From: Candidatus Poribacteria bacterium
GTDB lineage: Bacteria; Poribacteria; WGA-4E; PCPOR2b
Assembly: GCA_965116925.1 (NCBI GenBank)
Contig: OZ220744.1
Span: 4,768,001-4,832,000, forward strand
Reading direction: 5' to 3'
DNA length: 64,000 nucleotides
Below are positions 29,948 to 39,231 of the stretch, piece by piece. The first letter of the stretch is position 1. Every line of letters begins with the position of its first letter. Below the pieces are notes generated by a model. It searched no databases. It saw nothing but the letters and a program-made list of their open reading frames with translations, and was not told the DNA's origin. A program made the translations under genes and the position numbers.

Positions 29948-31084
29948 TCAACAAGGACAGCTATCCGAAGATAGTCTTACGTCCTCTCCTTCGAGGGTTG
30001 ATGCCCCAACCCGGTAGATGTTAATCGCAGCGTTGCGGTCTCGGTCATGCCGCATGCCACAATCGCTACACTGCCAGTTTCTATCACGCAGATTCAACGT
30101 TTCATTGACCACACCACAAACCGAGCAAGTTTTACTGGAGGGATACCACTTATCAATGAAGGTGATTTTGACACCTTTTTTCTTGGCGATATACACCAAT
30201 TTCTTGACGAAATCGGCAAATCCTAAGTCACTGACTTTGCGGCCCCATAGGGCTTTCATGCCTTTAAGGTTCAAGTCTTCAAGACGGATTTCGTCGTATT
30301 CATCGGTCAGTTGGTGTGCCAACTTCCAGTGGAAATCCTCCCGTTGGCGCTCAATCTTACGGTGTTGTCGGGCTAAATCAAGCCGTGCACGTTCACGGTT
30401 ATTTGACTGCTTCTTTTTCCGTGAATGGTTACGATTGGCACGTTTGATAACGTTGATGCTTCGTTTGAAAAACTGTGGCGATTCTATATCGTGTCCGTTA
30501 TGACCGGCGAGATACCGTTTCAGACCGAAGTCGAAGCCTGCGATTTTACCCGTCATGACTCGATTGAGGTCTGGTTCATCATAGTCCGTTAGAATCGTGA
30601 TATAGACATCACCTACGGTGTCCCGTTTAATGGTGCAACGTTTTGGACTACCAAACACATCACGGGACTTGAAATACTGATAGATACGTTTACCAATTCT
30701 AATACGATTGCCCGGCAGTAACTTCCAACCGGCTTGAAGTAAGGTGAATGATTTGTACTTACGACGGGGCTTGAAACGGGGACGACCCCATGCTTTGCCT
30801 TGCACACGCGCTTCAAACATTGCCTTATACCCTTTGTCAATACGGGAAGCCACGTCCTGTATCGATTGGCTTGGCAGCTGATTCCAATGGGAAAAACGAG
30901 GTAATCGTTTCAGTTTGGATATATGATTGATTAACCTAAACTTGCTGATATATTTGCCATAGATTGCATAGTAACGACGCTGAAGGGCAACGCAGTGATT
31001 CCAGACGTGAGCATGACCATCTATCGTCTTATGCAATTCGCGATTGCCGTGATTGCTATACAACTTGAACTTGTAAGTTTTCAT
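29948..31084 (-). CDS. tnpB: RNA-guided endonuclease TnpB
   Basis: GFDFG, LEDL, SSKTCSVCG...CSDCG, DRDRNAAINI; RuvC D-E-D intact. Confidence 0.95.
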   Translation of the reverse strand: MKTYKFKLYSNHGNRELHKTIDGHAHVWNHCVALQRRYYAIYGKYISKFRLINHISKLKRLPRFSHWNQLPSQSIQDVASRIDKGYKAMFEARVQGKAWGRPRFKPRRKYKSFTLLQAGWKLLPGNRIRIGKRIYQYFKSRDVFGSPKRCTIKRDTVGDVYITILTDYDEPDLNRVMTGKIAGFDFGLKRYLAGHNGHDIESPQFFKRSINVIKRANRNHSRKKKQSNNRERARLDLARQHRKIERQREDFHWKLAHQLTDEYDEIRLEDLNLKGMKALWGRKVSDLGFADFVKKLVYIAKKKGVKITFIDKWYPSSKTCSVCGVVNETLNLRDRNWQCSDCGMRHDRDRNAAINIYRVGASTLEGEDVRLSSDSCPC

Positions 31085-31180
31085 CGGAGAATAGCTTTCT
31101 GGCTTTCATTTCCATGACAGTGGAGCGTGGGAGACCCTATCGTGCGATAGGGCTGTCATTCTCCCACGAAAGCCGAGACA

Positions 31181-31209
31181 AGTATACCATTTTTGACCTA
31201 CAAAATCAA
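31181..31209 (-). promoter_or_regulatory. tnpB promoter
   Basis: TTGATT-17 bp-TATACT with an extended -10. Confidence 0.6.
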
Positions 31210-31325
31210 TGAAAAATCACGCTAAAGCGTGTGTGTATCCCAAATCTAAAGATTTGGGTTTTACACCTAAAGGATTTTTTGATAACAGACACACTTCACA
31301 CAAACGTCAACACGCCCGAACCACA

Positions 31326-32453
31326 TCACGGATTCACATAGGTTTCATTCATATACCGAGCGATGATTTTGATATCCTCCTCTTCGAGGAAAAGGCCGTT
31401 ATCAATCATGCGAGCGATAAGTTCTGTAGTTTCCTCCTCCGATGTTGGCGGAACGTTATCAACGTCTGAAAGGTCATGGCAGAGGGAACAGGTGATTTCA
31501 AATAGTTCCCTCGCAGCTTCCGGGTCGTAGGCATCTTCAACCGGCGTTTCATCGGTCTCCCCAACCTCATCCGGATTCACAATTTCTTCGTCTGGATTCA
31601 CAATCACTTCATCCGGATTTACAATCACCTCATCTACCACTTCATCCGGATTTGTCAAAACAGCTAAAGCGTTTTGCGCTTGGCTAGCCTGCATTCGCTG
31701 CCTCCGCTGTTCTTTCGCTGAAACTTGCAGTTCGGGCGTGATCGCGATAAGATATGCGGATACCGTCCACTGATCTTCTAGGGAAATTGGTTCCCCTACC
31801 ATCGGCTTGATCGCCATCCGATCCACCGTTCGCACCCAATCCGGCGGGGTACGTGGACGCGCTAAGATAGTTCTTAAATCGTGGCACTGAACGCACTTCT
31901 TCAATAGAACGTCCTGCCCCTCGCGCAATTTCCGCCTCGTAGCCAGCTTATCAAGTGGCGCGTCAGGCGGCAATCCCGCCATTTGCAGTCGTGTATGTGT
32001 CCGTTCGATGCTGGCATCGCTGAAGACGCGCAGGGTACTTTCCCGTAATGTGAAGGGTATGGATAGACCAATTAGGAGATAGGTACATATCAAGAGTGCC
32101 GTCCCGATATAAGGCATCGCTTCCTCAAAGTGTCGGAAGAAGCGGAGAATCGAAATTTTGACCAGAAGTAAAACGCCGATTGTGATGCCGAGCATCAGGT
32201 GGGCGACGGTACGCGGTGGGAGCTCAACCTGATAATTCCACAGGCGAGGCACCATGTGCCACATCATGAAGATATAAAGGATCAGATACGCATAGCCGAT
32301 AGCCCGGTGGACAAACATCAGCGATTTCGGTGCGGCACTGGTACGGGTTTCATGGTCGAAGGGATACCCCCACAGTTTATACATCAAAAACACGGAAGCA
32401 TTCCCCAGACCGAGGAAAATCAACCCAAGTATTGTACTAGTTGCAGTTGACAT
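31326..32453 (-). CDS. Membrane-anchored diheme c-type cytochrome with N-terminal 4-TM His-bearing domain
   Basis: About four TM helices with three His; CVQCH and CSLCH, each followed by a Met about 20-25 residues later; NPDE repeats between them. Confidence 0.8.
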   Translation of the reverse strand: MSTATSTILGLIFLGLGNASVFLMYKLWGYPFDHETRTSAAPKSLMFVHRAIGYAYLILYIFMMWHMVPRLWNYQVELPPRTVAHLMLGITIGVLLLVKISILRFFRHFEEAMPYIGTALLICTYLLIGLSIPFTLRESTLRVFSDASIERTHTRLQMAGLPPDAPLDKLATRRKLREGQDVLLKKCVQCHDLRTILARPRTPPDWVRTVDRMAIKPMVGEPISLEDQWTVSAYLIAITPELQVSAKEQRRQRMQASQAQNALAVLTNPDEVVDEVIVNPDEVIVNPDEEIVNPDEVGETDETPVEDAYDPEAARELFEITCSLCHDLSDVDNVPPTSEEETTELIARMIDNGLFLEEEDIKIIARYMNETYVNP

Positions 32454-32481
32454 CGTATCCCCCTATAGATAGACCTCTGGT

Positions 32482-32510
32482 AGTAGGGAACGCAGATCTG
32501 CGTTCCCTAC
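32482..32510. repeat. GTAG-type REP hairpin
   Basis: GTAGGGAACGCAGATCTGCGTTCCCTAC; near-identical copy at about 47004-47032. Confidence 0.8.
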
Positions 32511-32517
32511 AATTGCG

Positions 32518-33699
32518 TCAGAACCAAAAATGCGACATCAGGATGAGCTGATCTGTACCCTCAAGTTGGCGGTCGGTGCTCGTTGTATCGCGCTCATCGT
32601 TTGCGATGTTGAGCCAATAGAATAGCTCAAGGGAACCGTTTTCCATAAAGATATATTGCGCTGCAAGTGTCACACGTTGGCTTCCATCTCCTTTGACCGT
32701 GCGATCTGGATCGAACAGTCCGTAACGTCCGGAGAGCGTAAGTTCCGGCATCACGCGATATTTCGCACCAAAATAGTAACCCTTGGAGGTGATGTCATCA
32801 TCGCTGAAGCCGATACTCTCATCGTCGCCGTAACTGCCCCCAAAATTGAATTCGCCTTCAAGGGTGAGATTTTTGAGGGCGGCAGTCAAAAAAGCCCCAG
32901 CAGTCATTTCACGATCTAGGTCTCTGTCTCTATCAAGGAGAAAGGAGACACCGCCTCGCAAGGGTCCAAGCGTAGTGCCGGCAGTTGCAGCCATCCCTTT
33001 ATGTTGGTTGCTATCTGCGGCCTGTCCAGCACTCCGATTTCCGTTGACCAGAGCGGCATTGTAAAATACCTTGCCGTAAGTACCACCGACCTCAACGCCG
33101 ACATCCCGTTTATGTGATCCGAGGTTATACCCTTGACGAACCAAGATATTGTGGTCTCTCTGTTTAAGGCCAAACGGAAGGCGGAATTGCCCCACTTTGA
33201 CGTAGAGGTGTTTGGGGATAGCATCAACCGTCGCAAACATGTTGAGAGTCGCACCCATATTGTTGGATAGGGTCAGTCTGAGTTTGTCCGATGCTTGTGC
33301 ATTGACGGTCAATTCGCCCTGCATCAGAAGGAAACTATCAACGGATGAATGGCATGAGGTACAGGTGGCTCTTGCGCGTCCTTCGAGATCGACATGGGTT
33401 GTTTTGATATACGCGGTACGGATGTTGACCGCTGTTGTGAGTCTTTGGCGCACCTCTTCCGCCTCTTTCATAATTGCTTCCGGATCGAAATCCTCCGGAA
33501 ATTCAAAGTAGTTATCTTCATAAACCTGCCCAATCGCATTGCGCGGTCCGCCGCCTGCCGGATCGAGATGGCAGAAGATACACTCTTTGTCTTCCATCGC
33601 TGCAAACTCCGGGCGCGCCATGCTATCAGAGACGAAAGAAAGCGTCAATAATGCGCTGAATAAAAAGACTAAAAATCCAAACTGAAACCTGTATATCAA
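32518..33699 (-). CDS. Cyc2-like porin-cytochrome c fusion with two CxxCH motifs
   Basis: Signal peptide; PEFAA...CIFCH; second motif CTSCH; VGQFRLPFG; amphipathic strands; C-terminal HFWF. Confidence 0.75.
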   Translation of the reverse strand: MIYRFQFGFLVFLFSALLTLSFVSDSMARPEFAAMEDKECIFCHLDPAGGGPRNAIGQVYEDNYFEFPEDFDPEAIMKEAEEVRQRLTTAVNIRTAYIKTTHVDLEGRARATCTSCHSSVDSFLLMQGELTVNAQASDKLRLTLSNNMGATLNMFATVDAIPKHLYVKVGQFRLPFGLKQRDHNILVRQGYNLGSHKRDVGVEVGGTYGKVFYNAALVNGNRSAGQAADSNQHKGMAATAGTTLGPLRGGVSFLLDRDRDLDREMTAGAFLTAALKNLTLEGEFNFGGSYGDDESIGFSDDDITSKGYYFGAKYRVMPELTLSGRYGLFDPDRTVKGDGSQRVTLAAQYIFMENGSLELFYWLNIANDERDTTSTDRQLEGTDQLILMSHFWF

Positions 33700-33764
33700 T
33701 TGATGACCTCCTCAATGTATAGCTAAAACGTAAAAAACAGAGATATTGATTTGCTTGTCGTCTA

Positions 33765-34547
33765 TTATTCGAGTGTTACGAACACAAAATCTGTAGCAGC
33801 AGCACCTGAGTGGCAACCTGTGCAGACCCCCCCTTCAAAAGCCAAGCGAAACTCTGCGTCTGGTGCGCCTCGCAAAAATTCCTCAAATCTCCAGTCTCCA
33901 AAAGCGGGATTACTTCCTGCTTCCTTCCACATCACTGCGACTAGTCCAATAAAGTCTTGATCCGGACGAGTTGCATCCTTCACGACAATCGAGCCGTCCG
34001 GATAAGGGAACTGCTGTTGACCATTCGGAGCAATTTCCGCACGTGTTTTGTTGACATAGACATTTTTCGTTCCGCGATGCGGGTCAAAGCCCGGCACCGG
34101 CGGAATCGGTTGCGCGTTTAACTTCAGCCACTGATCATACCCTGCTATATCCTCCGGCAGGCCTGGAAGGGCAGCCGGTGGTTCGGGTTCCGGTTGTGGC
34201 ATCGGTTCTACTCGCGGTGGTTCGGGTTGTGGCTGCGGCTGCTGGACAGGTGGTTCAGGCATCTGACCACCCGGCTGCGGTTGTGGTTGGGCAGGCGGTT
34301 GTGGCATCTGTTCACCCGGTTGCGGCTGTGGTTGGACAGGCGGTTGCGGCGTCTGCTCACCCGGTTGTGGCTGCTGTTGGGCGGGTGGTTGTGGAGTCTG
34401 TTCACCCGGCGACGGCTGTTGGGCGATGGGTGGCTCAGGTTTGACCACTTCCCCTTCATCTCCACAAGAAACGAAAATTATACAGGCAACAATAATAAGG
34501 TTCAAAATCAAGGGACCTAGATATTTTTGGATCATCTTTTTCTCCAT
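33765..34547 (-). CDS. Cytochrome P460-family lipoprotein with Pro/Gln-rich linker
   Basis: Lipobox FVSC; VYVN, YPDGSIVVKD, VMWK, GDWRF, CTGCH...DFVF. Confidence 0.8.
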   Translation of the reverse strand: MEKKMIQKYLGPLILNLIIVACIIFVSCGDEGEVVKPEPPIAQQPSPGEQTPQPPAQQQPQPGEQTPQPPVQPQPQPGEQMPQPPAQPQPQPGGQMPEPPVQQPQPQPEPPRVEPMPQPEPEPPAALPGLPEDIAGYDQWLKLNAQPIPPVPGFDPHRGTKNVYVNKTRAEIAPNGQQQFPYPDGSIVVKDATRPDQDFIGLVAVMWKEAGSNPAFGDWRFEEFLRGAPDAEFRLAFEGGVCTGCHSGAAATDFVFVTLE

Positions 34548-34565
34548 CGTTAGATTTAAGTCAAT

Positions 34566-34656
34566 GGCTCATGTTAAGAAATAGTGCAAAGAAACCGAGT
34601 TTTCAAGAAAAAACTCGGTTTCTGTTCGAATTTCCCACTTTCGTTTCATATGAACC
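34566..34656. mobile_element. MITE family C with 8-bp TSD (AAGTCAAT)
   Basis: GGCTCATGT...ATATGAACC ends; AGAAACCGAG...CTCGGTTTCT hairpin. Confidence 0.85.
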
Positions 34657-34689
34657 AAGTCAATAAGTTTGGGCGATGTTAAAGTAAAA

Positions 34690-35871
34690 TTAGAGTTCAA
34701 CCGGCTCAAAAACAATCTGGTTGCCAACCTGAATCTGCACAGGGGTTAAATATGCGCCCATTGCGTCCGTATCAACGTGCACGCCTAGCCCAGGTTTACC
34801 CGTCAACCCCACTTTTCCGTCAGATCCAACCTCCAACCGCTCAACCGTTAGGTGTTGAGCGAGTTCAGAACCTTCAGCCGGATACTCCAACAGATCGAAC
34901 GATTCGCTGGTCGCAAACACATGCAGCGAAGCGGCAAGACTCAAATGGCTTTTGAAGGTGTGATTCACATACTGAACCCCATGTTGTTCGGCAAGTTGTC
35001 GCACACGGAAAGCTGCTGTGATACCGCCGATGCGTCCGACATCGATCTGCACAAACTGAATCCCGCCATGCAGAATCAGGTCCTCCGCCATACGATACGT
35101 CCCAGATCCCTCACCGGCAGCAATGGGCACGGGCGGATTCTGCTTTGATAGTCCCATGTACGCTTCTATTGCGTCGGGGGCGAGCGGCTCCTCCAACCAT
35201 GTGGGCGAAAACTGCGCGAACCGTTTTGCACGGGCGTAAGCCGTTTCATAGTCTTCGCCCCAGACGACGCCGGCATCAATCATGATCTGGGCATCCTCTC
35301 CCATACCCTCGCGTGCTGCACGTACTAGCGCAACATCGTTCTCCTCTCCAAATTTCCCCATCGGTCCCCACCCGAACTTTGCAGCACGATAGCCCTGCTC
35401 GCGCAACTGTGTTGCAATCTGATATGTCTCTTCAGGGGTATCGCCAAAGAGGACAGAGGCATACGGTAGCTTGGAATGGCTTTGGCTTTGAGGTTCAAGC
35501 AGACGGTAGATCGGCTCACCGAGCTTCTGCCCAACGATGTCCCATAAAGCAATGTCTGCACCGCTATAGGCGTGGTGGATCTGCTGAATGTCAAGCCCAT
35601 TACGCAACGCCTTTTGATGAAGTCGTACCACATCGTTGGGATCGTCTAACGTCTCCCCAATCAAAGATTCGCGAATATTGATGATGTTCCCGTGTGACAT
35701 TGGACAACAATACACCGTTAAGGATACAAGCGGCGAAGCATCGCACTCGCCCCACCCGGTTATCCCCTCGTCCGTCTGGATACGCACGACAAGTGTATCC
35801 TGTGTACCGTCTGCTGCATCAGTAATCTGCGGCATTTTGAGGTAAAAGGGATCGACAGCGATAATTTTCAT
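34690..35871 (-). CDS. Mandelate racemase/muconate lactonizing enzyme family protein
   Basis: GWGE, DIALWD, MIDAG, WLEEP, AAGE. Confidence 0.9.
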   Translation of the reverse strand: MKIIAVDPFYLKMPQITDAADGTQDTLVVRIQTDEGITGWGECDASPLVSLTVYCCPMSHGNIINIRESLIGETLDDPNDVVRLHQKALRNGLDIQQIHHAYSGADIALWDIVGQKLGEPIYRLLEPQSQSHSKLPYASVLFGDTPEETYQIATQLREQGYRAAKFGWGPMGKFGEENDVALVRAAREGMGEDAQIMIDAGVVWGEDYETAYARAKRFAQFSPTWLEEPLAPDAIEAYMGLSKQNPPVPIAAGEGSGTYRMAEDLILHGGIQFVQIDVGRIGGITAAFRVRQLAEQHGVQYVNHTFKSHLSLAASLHVFATSESFDLLEYPAEGSELAQHLTVERLEVGSDGKVGLTGKPGLGVHVDTDAMGAYLTPVQIQVGNQIVFEPVEL

Positions 35872-36179
35872 AGATCAGATCCTTTGCCCATCACCTGAGA
35901 TTCGCACATAATACATGAGCGACAAATCAAAGTCAAGGGATTTCTATCACTGCTAGCAAAGGCAATAATGGGTGGGACCCTGCTATTATAGATGTCATTT
36001 GTAATTCACTTTGATTTTTTTCAGTCAGATGTGATAACATAATTTGATGGTTACAATTTCATCGAGGACATGTGTTTCGATTCTTCTGGTCTGATGCACA
36101 TGATCTGTAAATTTAAGTTCAGAAGCGTCATCAGTTTCTGAGAAAACTCAAAATCTGAAAGGAAAAGTTACTAGATTAA

Positions 36180-37058
36180 ATGAAATTTGGGAAAGTACGT
36201 CATCAATTCGTTACATTATCGTTAGTTGCTAGCTTATTCACCGTATCGGCATGGGGTGCCGATTTTACATTTACCGCCATTCCGGACCAGGATACAACTC
36301 GCCTACAAGAACGGTTCGGCAAGATAGCCGATTACCTTTCGGAGGAATTAGGAATCACGGTGAAGTACATACCTGTGAAATCGTACAGCGCATCGGTTCA
36401 GGCGTTCAAGAACAATGAAGTTCAGTTGGCTTGGTTTGGTGGGTTGTCAGGCGTCCAAGCCCGTATGGCAGTTCCGAATTCAGTCGCTATCGCGCAAGGG
36501 GCGGAAGATCCCGACTTTATCAGCTATTTCATCGCCAATACCAGTACGGGACTGTCGTTCTCCGAAAAATTCCCGAAAGCGATCGCTGATAAGACATTCA
36601 CTTTCGGTTCTAAGGGATCCACATCAGGACGGCTCATGCCTGAACATTTCATCCGACAGGCATTTGACGGGAAGGCACCCCGTGAGGTTTTTAAGCGCGT
36701 CGGCTTCAGCGGCGACCATTCCAAAACCCTCGCACTGGTTCAAGCCGGTAGTTATGAAGTCGGAGCGATGAATTTCAAGGTTTGGCTGAAGGAGGTCGAG
36801 GCTGGCAAAGTGGACCCAACCAAGGTGCAGGTCATCTGGCGCACTCCCGGCTACCCAGACTACAACTGGACAATCCGCGGCAGTGTGGACGAAACTTATG
36901 GCGAAGGGTTCATCAAGAAGGTTCAGAAAGCCCTTCTCGACATCAAGGATCCAGCGATACTTAACGCTTTTCCGAGGGCGAAGTTCATCCCCGCCGATAA
37001 TTCTATGTACCAACCGATCCTTGATACCGCTATTGAGGTTGGGATTATAAGGAATTGA
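36180..37058 (+). CDS. PhnD/PtxB-type ABC substrate-binding protein (putative selenate-binding subfamily)
   Basis: Signal peptide; FTAIPDQD, AWFGGLSG, GSTSGRLMP, YPDYNW. Confidence 0.85.
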   Translation: MKFGKVRHQFVTLSLVASLFTVSAWGADFTFTAIPDQDTTRLQERFGKIADYLSEELGITVKYIPVKSYSASVQAFKNNEVQLAWFGGLSGVQARMAVPNSVAIAQGAEDPDFISYFIANTSTGLSFSEKFPKAIADKTFTFGSKGSTSGRLMPEHFIRQAFDGKAPREVFKRVGFSGDHSKTLALVQAGSYEVGAMNFKVWLKEVEAGKVDPTKVQVIWRTPGYPDYNWTIRGSVDETYGEGFIKKVQKALLDIKDPAILNAFPRAKFIPADNSMYQPILDTAIEVGIIRN

Positions 37059-37146
37059 GTTTCATCGAAAAAGTGCAGTGCAGCTCAGAGAAACCGAGTT
37101 TTTTCGGAAAAACTCGGTTTCTTTGCACGATTGCTTAACATGAGTC
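37059..37146. repeat. Degenerate MITE family C copy
   Basis: AGAAACCGAG...CTCGGTTTCTTTGCAC...TTAACATGAG; no TSD visible. Confidence 0.7.
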
Positions 37147-37432
37147 CCGTAAGATAGGGTATGTTGACATTTTGCTGTCACCAATAAAAATTAGTCTGAA
37201 TCGGGATTTTCAGGATTGAAGGATTTGCAGGATAGAAAACGGAACGGGAAACGGGAGGCGGTGTATTGGTTCATTTAGCCCCAGAGGGGCGACATGTACC
37301 CGTTGTCTGAATCACAGATTAGATGAATTTAGCGGAGGACGCGGATAAGCAAACCAAGCAACCTACGTGCCCGGCAAATCGGGCAACTATAGCAAGGCTT
37401 TAGGCTTGCAGTAGGGCGATTTATCGCTCGTC

Positions 37433-37672
37433 GTGACGCGCAATGAATTGCGCTACTACAAACTGAGGTGGGTAATCCCTAAGAGTTCTAAGGTGATGAA
37501 TGGTGCCCTCGTTTTCGCTGGCACCCGTGTTCCGGTTGAGAGTTTAATTCAGCATCTAACAGCGGGAGACTCGCTTAACAAGTTCCTTGATGACTTTCCA
37601 ACAGTATCTCGTGAGCAAGCGATCGCGTATCTAAAGATGACGCTGGAGGCTGTTGATGCGCGTGCTGCTTGA
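37433..37672 (+). CDS. DUF433-domain antitoxin, 5' end probably disrupted
   Basis: VFAGTRVPV...FLDDFPTVSREQ; the first codons overlap a REP repeat. Confidence 0.7.
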   Translation: MTRNELRYYKLRWVIPKSSKVMNGALVFAGTRVPVESLIQHLTAGDSLNKFLDDFPTVSREQAIAYLKMTLEAVDARAA

Positions 37673-37763
37673 TGAGCATCTGCCCCGCAAAAACCCGATG
37701 GCGATTTCAAAATGGCAGATTGCGTTCACCTCGCCCCTTGCGATAATGTGGTACTTATGCTAA
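37656..37763 (+). pseudogene. Truncated PIN-like (DUF5615-type) toxin
   Basis: MRVLLDEHLPRK start overlaps the DUF433 end; similarity is lost after 12 codons and a stop follows at codon 36. Confidence 0.7.
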
Positions 37764-37787
37764 CATGCTATCTACATTGCGCTCCTC

Positions 37788-37902
37788 ATGAAGATTAATT
37801 TATTAATTGGGTAATTTCCGAGCGATGTCCGGTGCGGTTAGAAACCGCACCTACCGGGTCTGGGGAAATATAGAATTACCCGTTTAATTTCTTAAAACCC
37901 AT
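37788..37902. mobile_element. MITE family B inserted in a REP hairpin loop
   Basis: Reverse-complement homolog of 13800-13916; flanks rejoin to GCGCTCCTCTGGAGCGC. Confidence 0.75.
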
Positions 37903-38010
37903 CTGGAGCGCGGGTATTGTAGTATCGCTATTCTATAGACATATCGCTCCGCCCCGATAAATCGGGATTCAAAACTGGAGCGAAGGTTTTTATCGGACAA
38001 AGGAGCAAAG

Positions 38011-39060
38011 ATGAAAAACTGTAGCATCTTGAGAAAATACCCCTTTTGGGTGTTAGGACTACTTTTACTCTGTAGTTGTGACTTAGTTCAGGAGCTCATC
38101 CCTTCCGAACCACCAAGCAGTGCAAAAGATCCTGCGCCGATCCGTGTCACTATGATATATCCGGACGATTGTGTGGGGGATGAGGGGTACTGTGACACCC
38201 TCCATCTTGGTGTCAAACGCGCTGAGGCGGAACTTGAGATCCACCTCAACGAGGTTATCGGTCAGCGGAGCGACCCGGTATTGATAGAAATGGTTTTCAG
38301 AGAGGCAGCTCAAAATTCCGACCTAGTTTTAACCGCCGGTTTCCAAATGGGAGAACCGTTGTCGCGCGTAGCAGCCGATTTTCCCGATGTCAAATTTGCG
38401 ATTGTTGATGTTGCCCTTGACATTCCCAATGTCGCCAGTCTCAACTATAAGGCAAACGAAGGCTCATTTCTGGTCGGGGCGATCGCCGGGTTAAAATCGG
38501 AGAGCGGTAAAATCGGCTATATCGGCGGAGTAGATGTGCCCTTACTGCGAGAATTTGAAGCCGGCTACGTCGCTGGGGTTCACGCCGTCAATCCAGATGC
38601 GGTTGTCTCCATAGCATACATCAGCGAAGATACAAGCGGCTTCAATCAGCCGGACAAAGCAAAAGAGATCGCGTTAGTCCAATATGAGAGCGGCGTCGAT
38701 GTTATTTACACCGTTGCCGGTAGATCCGGTCTGGGTGTGCTTGAAGCCGCCCAAGCGCAGGGGAAATATGTCATTTGGGTTGATTCCAACGGTAATCATC
38801 TCGCCCCGGGGACAGTTCTGACAAGTATGGTTAAACAGATCGAGAATTCTGTCTATGGAGTCATCAATGAAGCCGCTGACGGCACTTTTATGGGAGGTCT
38901 CCGATACCAAGGACTCGCAGATGGCGGCGTCGACTATGCCCTTGATGAACATAACCGATCTGAGCTTTCGGACGAAATTATAGCAACCGTCGAATCATTG
39001 AGGGCAAAAATCATCGCCGGTGAAATTATTGTTCCGAATGAGGTCTCGCTTCCACGCTAA
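38011..39060 (+). CDS. BMP-family ABC substrate-binding lipoprotein
   Basis: Lipobox, EGSFLVGAIAG, IGYIGG, IWVDSN, LTSMVK. Confidence 0.9.
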   Translation: MKNCSILRKYPFWVLGLLLLCSCDLVQELIPSEPPSSAKDPAPIRVTMIYPDDCVGDEGYCDTLHLGVKRAEAELEIHLNEVIGQRSDPVLIEMVFREAAQNSDLVLTAGFQMGEPLSRVAADFPDVKFAIVDVALDIPNVASLNYKANEGSFLVGAIAGLKSESGKIGYIGGVDVPLLREFEAGYVAGVHAVNPDAVVSIAYISEDTSGFNQPDKAKEIALVQYESGVDVIYTVAGRSGLGVLEAAQAQGKYVIWVDSNGNHLAPGTVLTSMVKQIENSVYGVINEAADGTFMGGLRYQGLADGGVDYALDEHNRSELSDEIIATVESLRAKIIAGEIIVPNEVSLPR

Positions 39061-39139
39061 CGCTTTGGTTCATTAGTGCATTGGTTCATTGAGCAACAGG
39101 ACATCAACTTTTGACAAGGACTAATTCTTTAACTTTCAT

Positions 39140-39231
39140 GGCTCATGTAAAAAGAAAGTGCAAAGCACGAATAGAAACCGAGTTTTCAAGAAAAAACTCG
39201 GTTTCTGTTGCACAATTTCTTGACATGAGCG
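39140..39231. mobile_element. MITE family C with 8-bp TSD (ACTTTCAT)
   Basis: GGCTCATGT...ACATGAGCG with the TSD on both sides. Confidence 0.85.

Larger units (their letters stand above)
29846..31281 (-). mobile_element. IS200/IS605-family element, TnpB only (IS1341-like)
   Basis: Matching subterminal hairpins CCCAAACCTAAAGGATTGGG and CCCAAATCTAAAGATTTGGG; right end TCAA; TTAT 5' of the left end; no tnpA. Confidence 0.85.

Noticed and set aside
34178..34520. Antisense and alternate-frame ORFs over PQ repeats (also 60472-61041)
   Set aside because: Shadow ORFs of low-complexity coding sequence
39060..39095. TTCATTGG-type octamer arrays (also about 41520, 50857, 55405) as regulator binding sites
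   Set aside because: They sit just downstream of stop codons in unrelated contexts, so they are more likely short tandem intergenic repeats
37059..39231. Composite transposon formed by two family C MITEs
   Set aside because: The right copy has its own 8-bp TSD and no duplication flanks the whole unit
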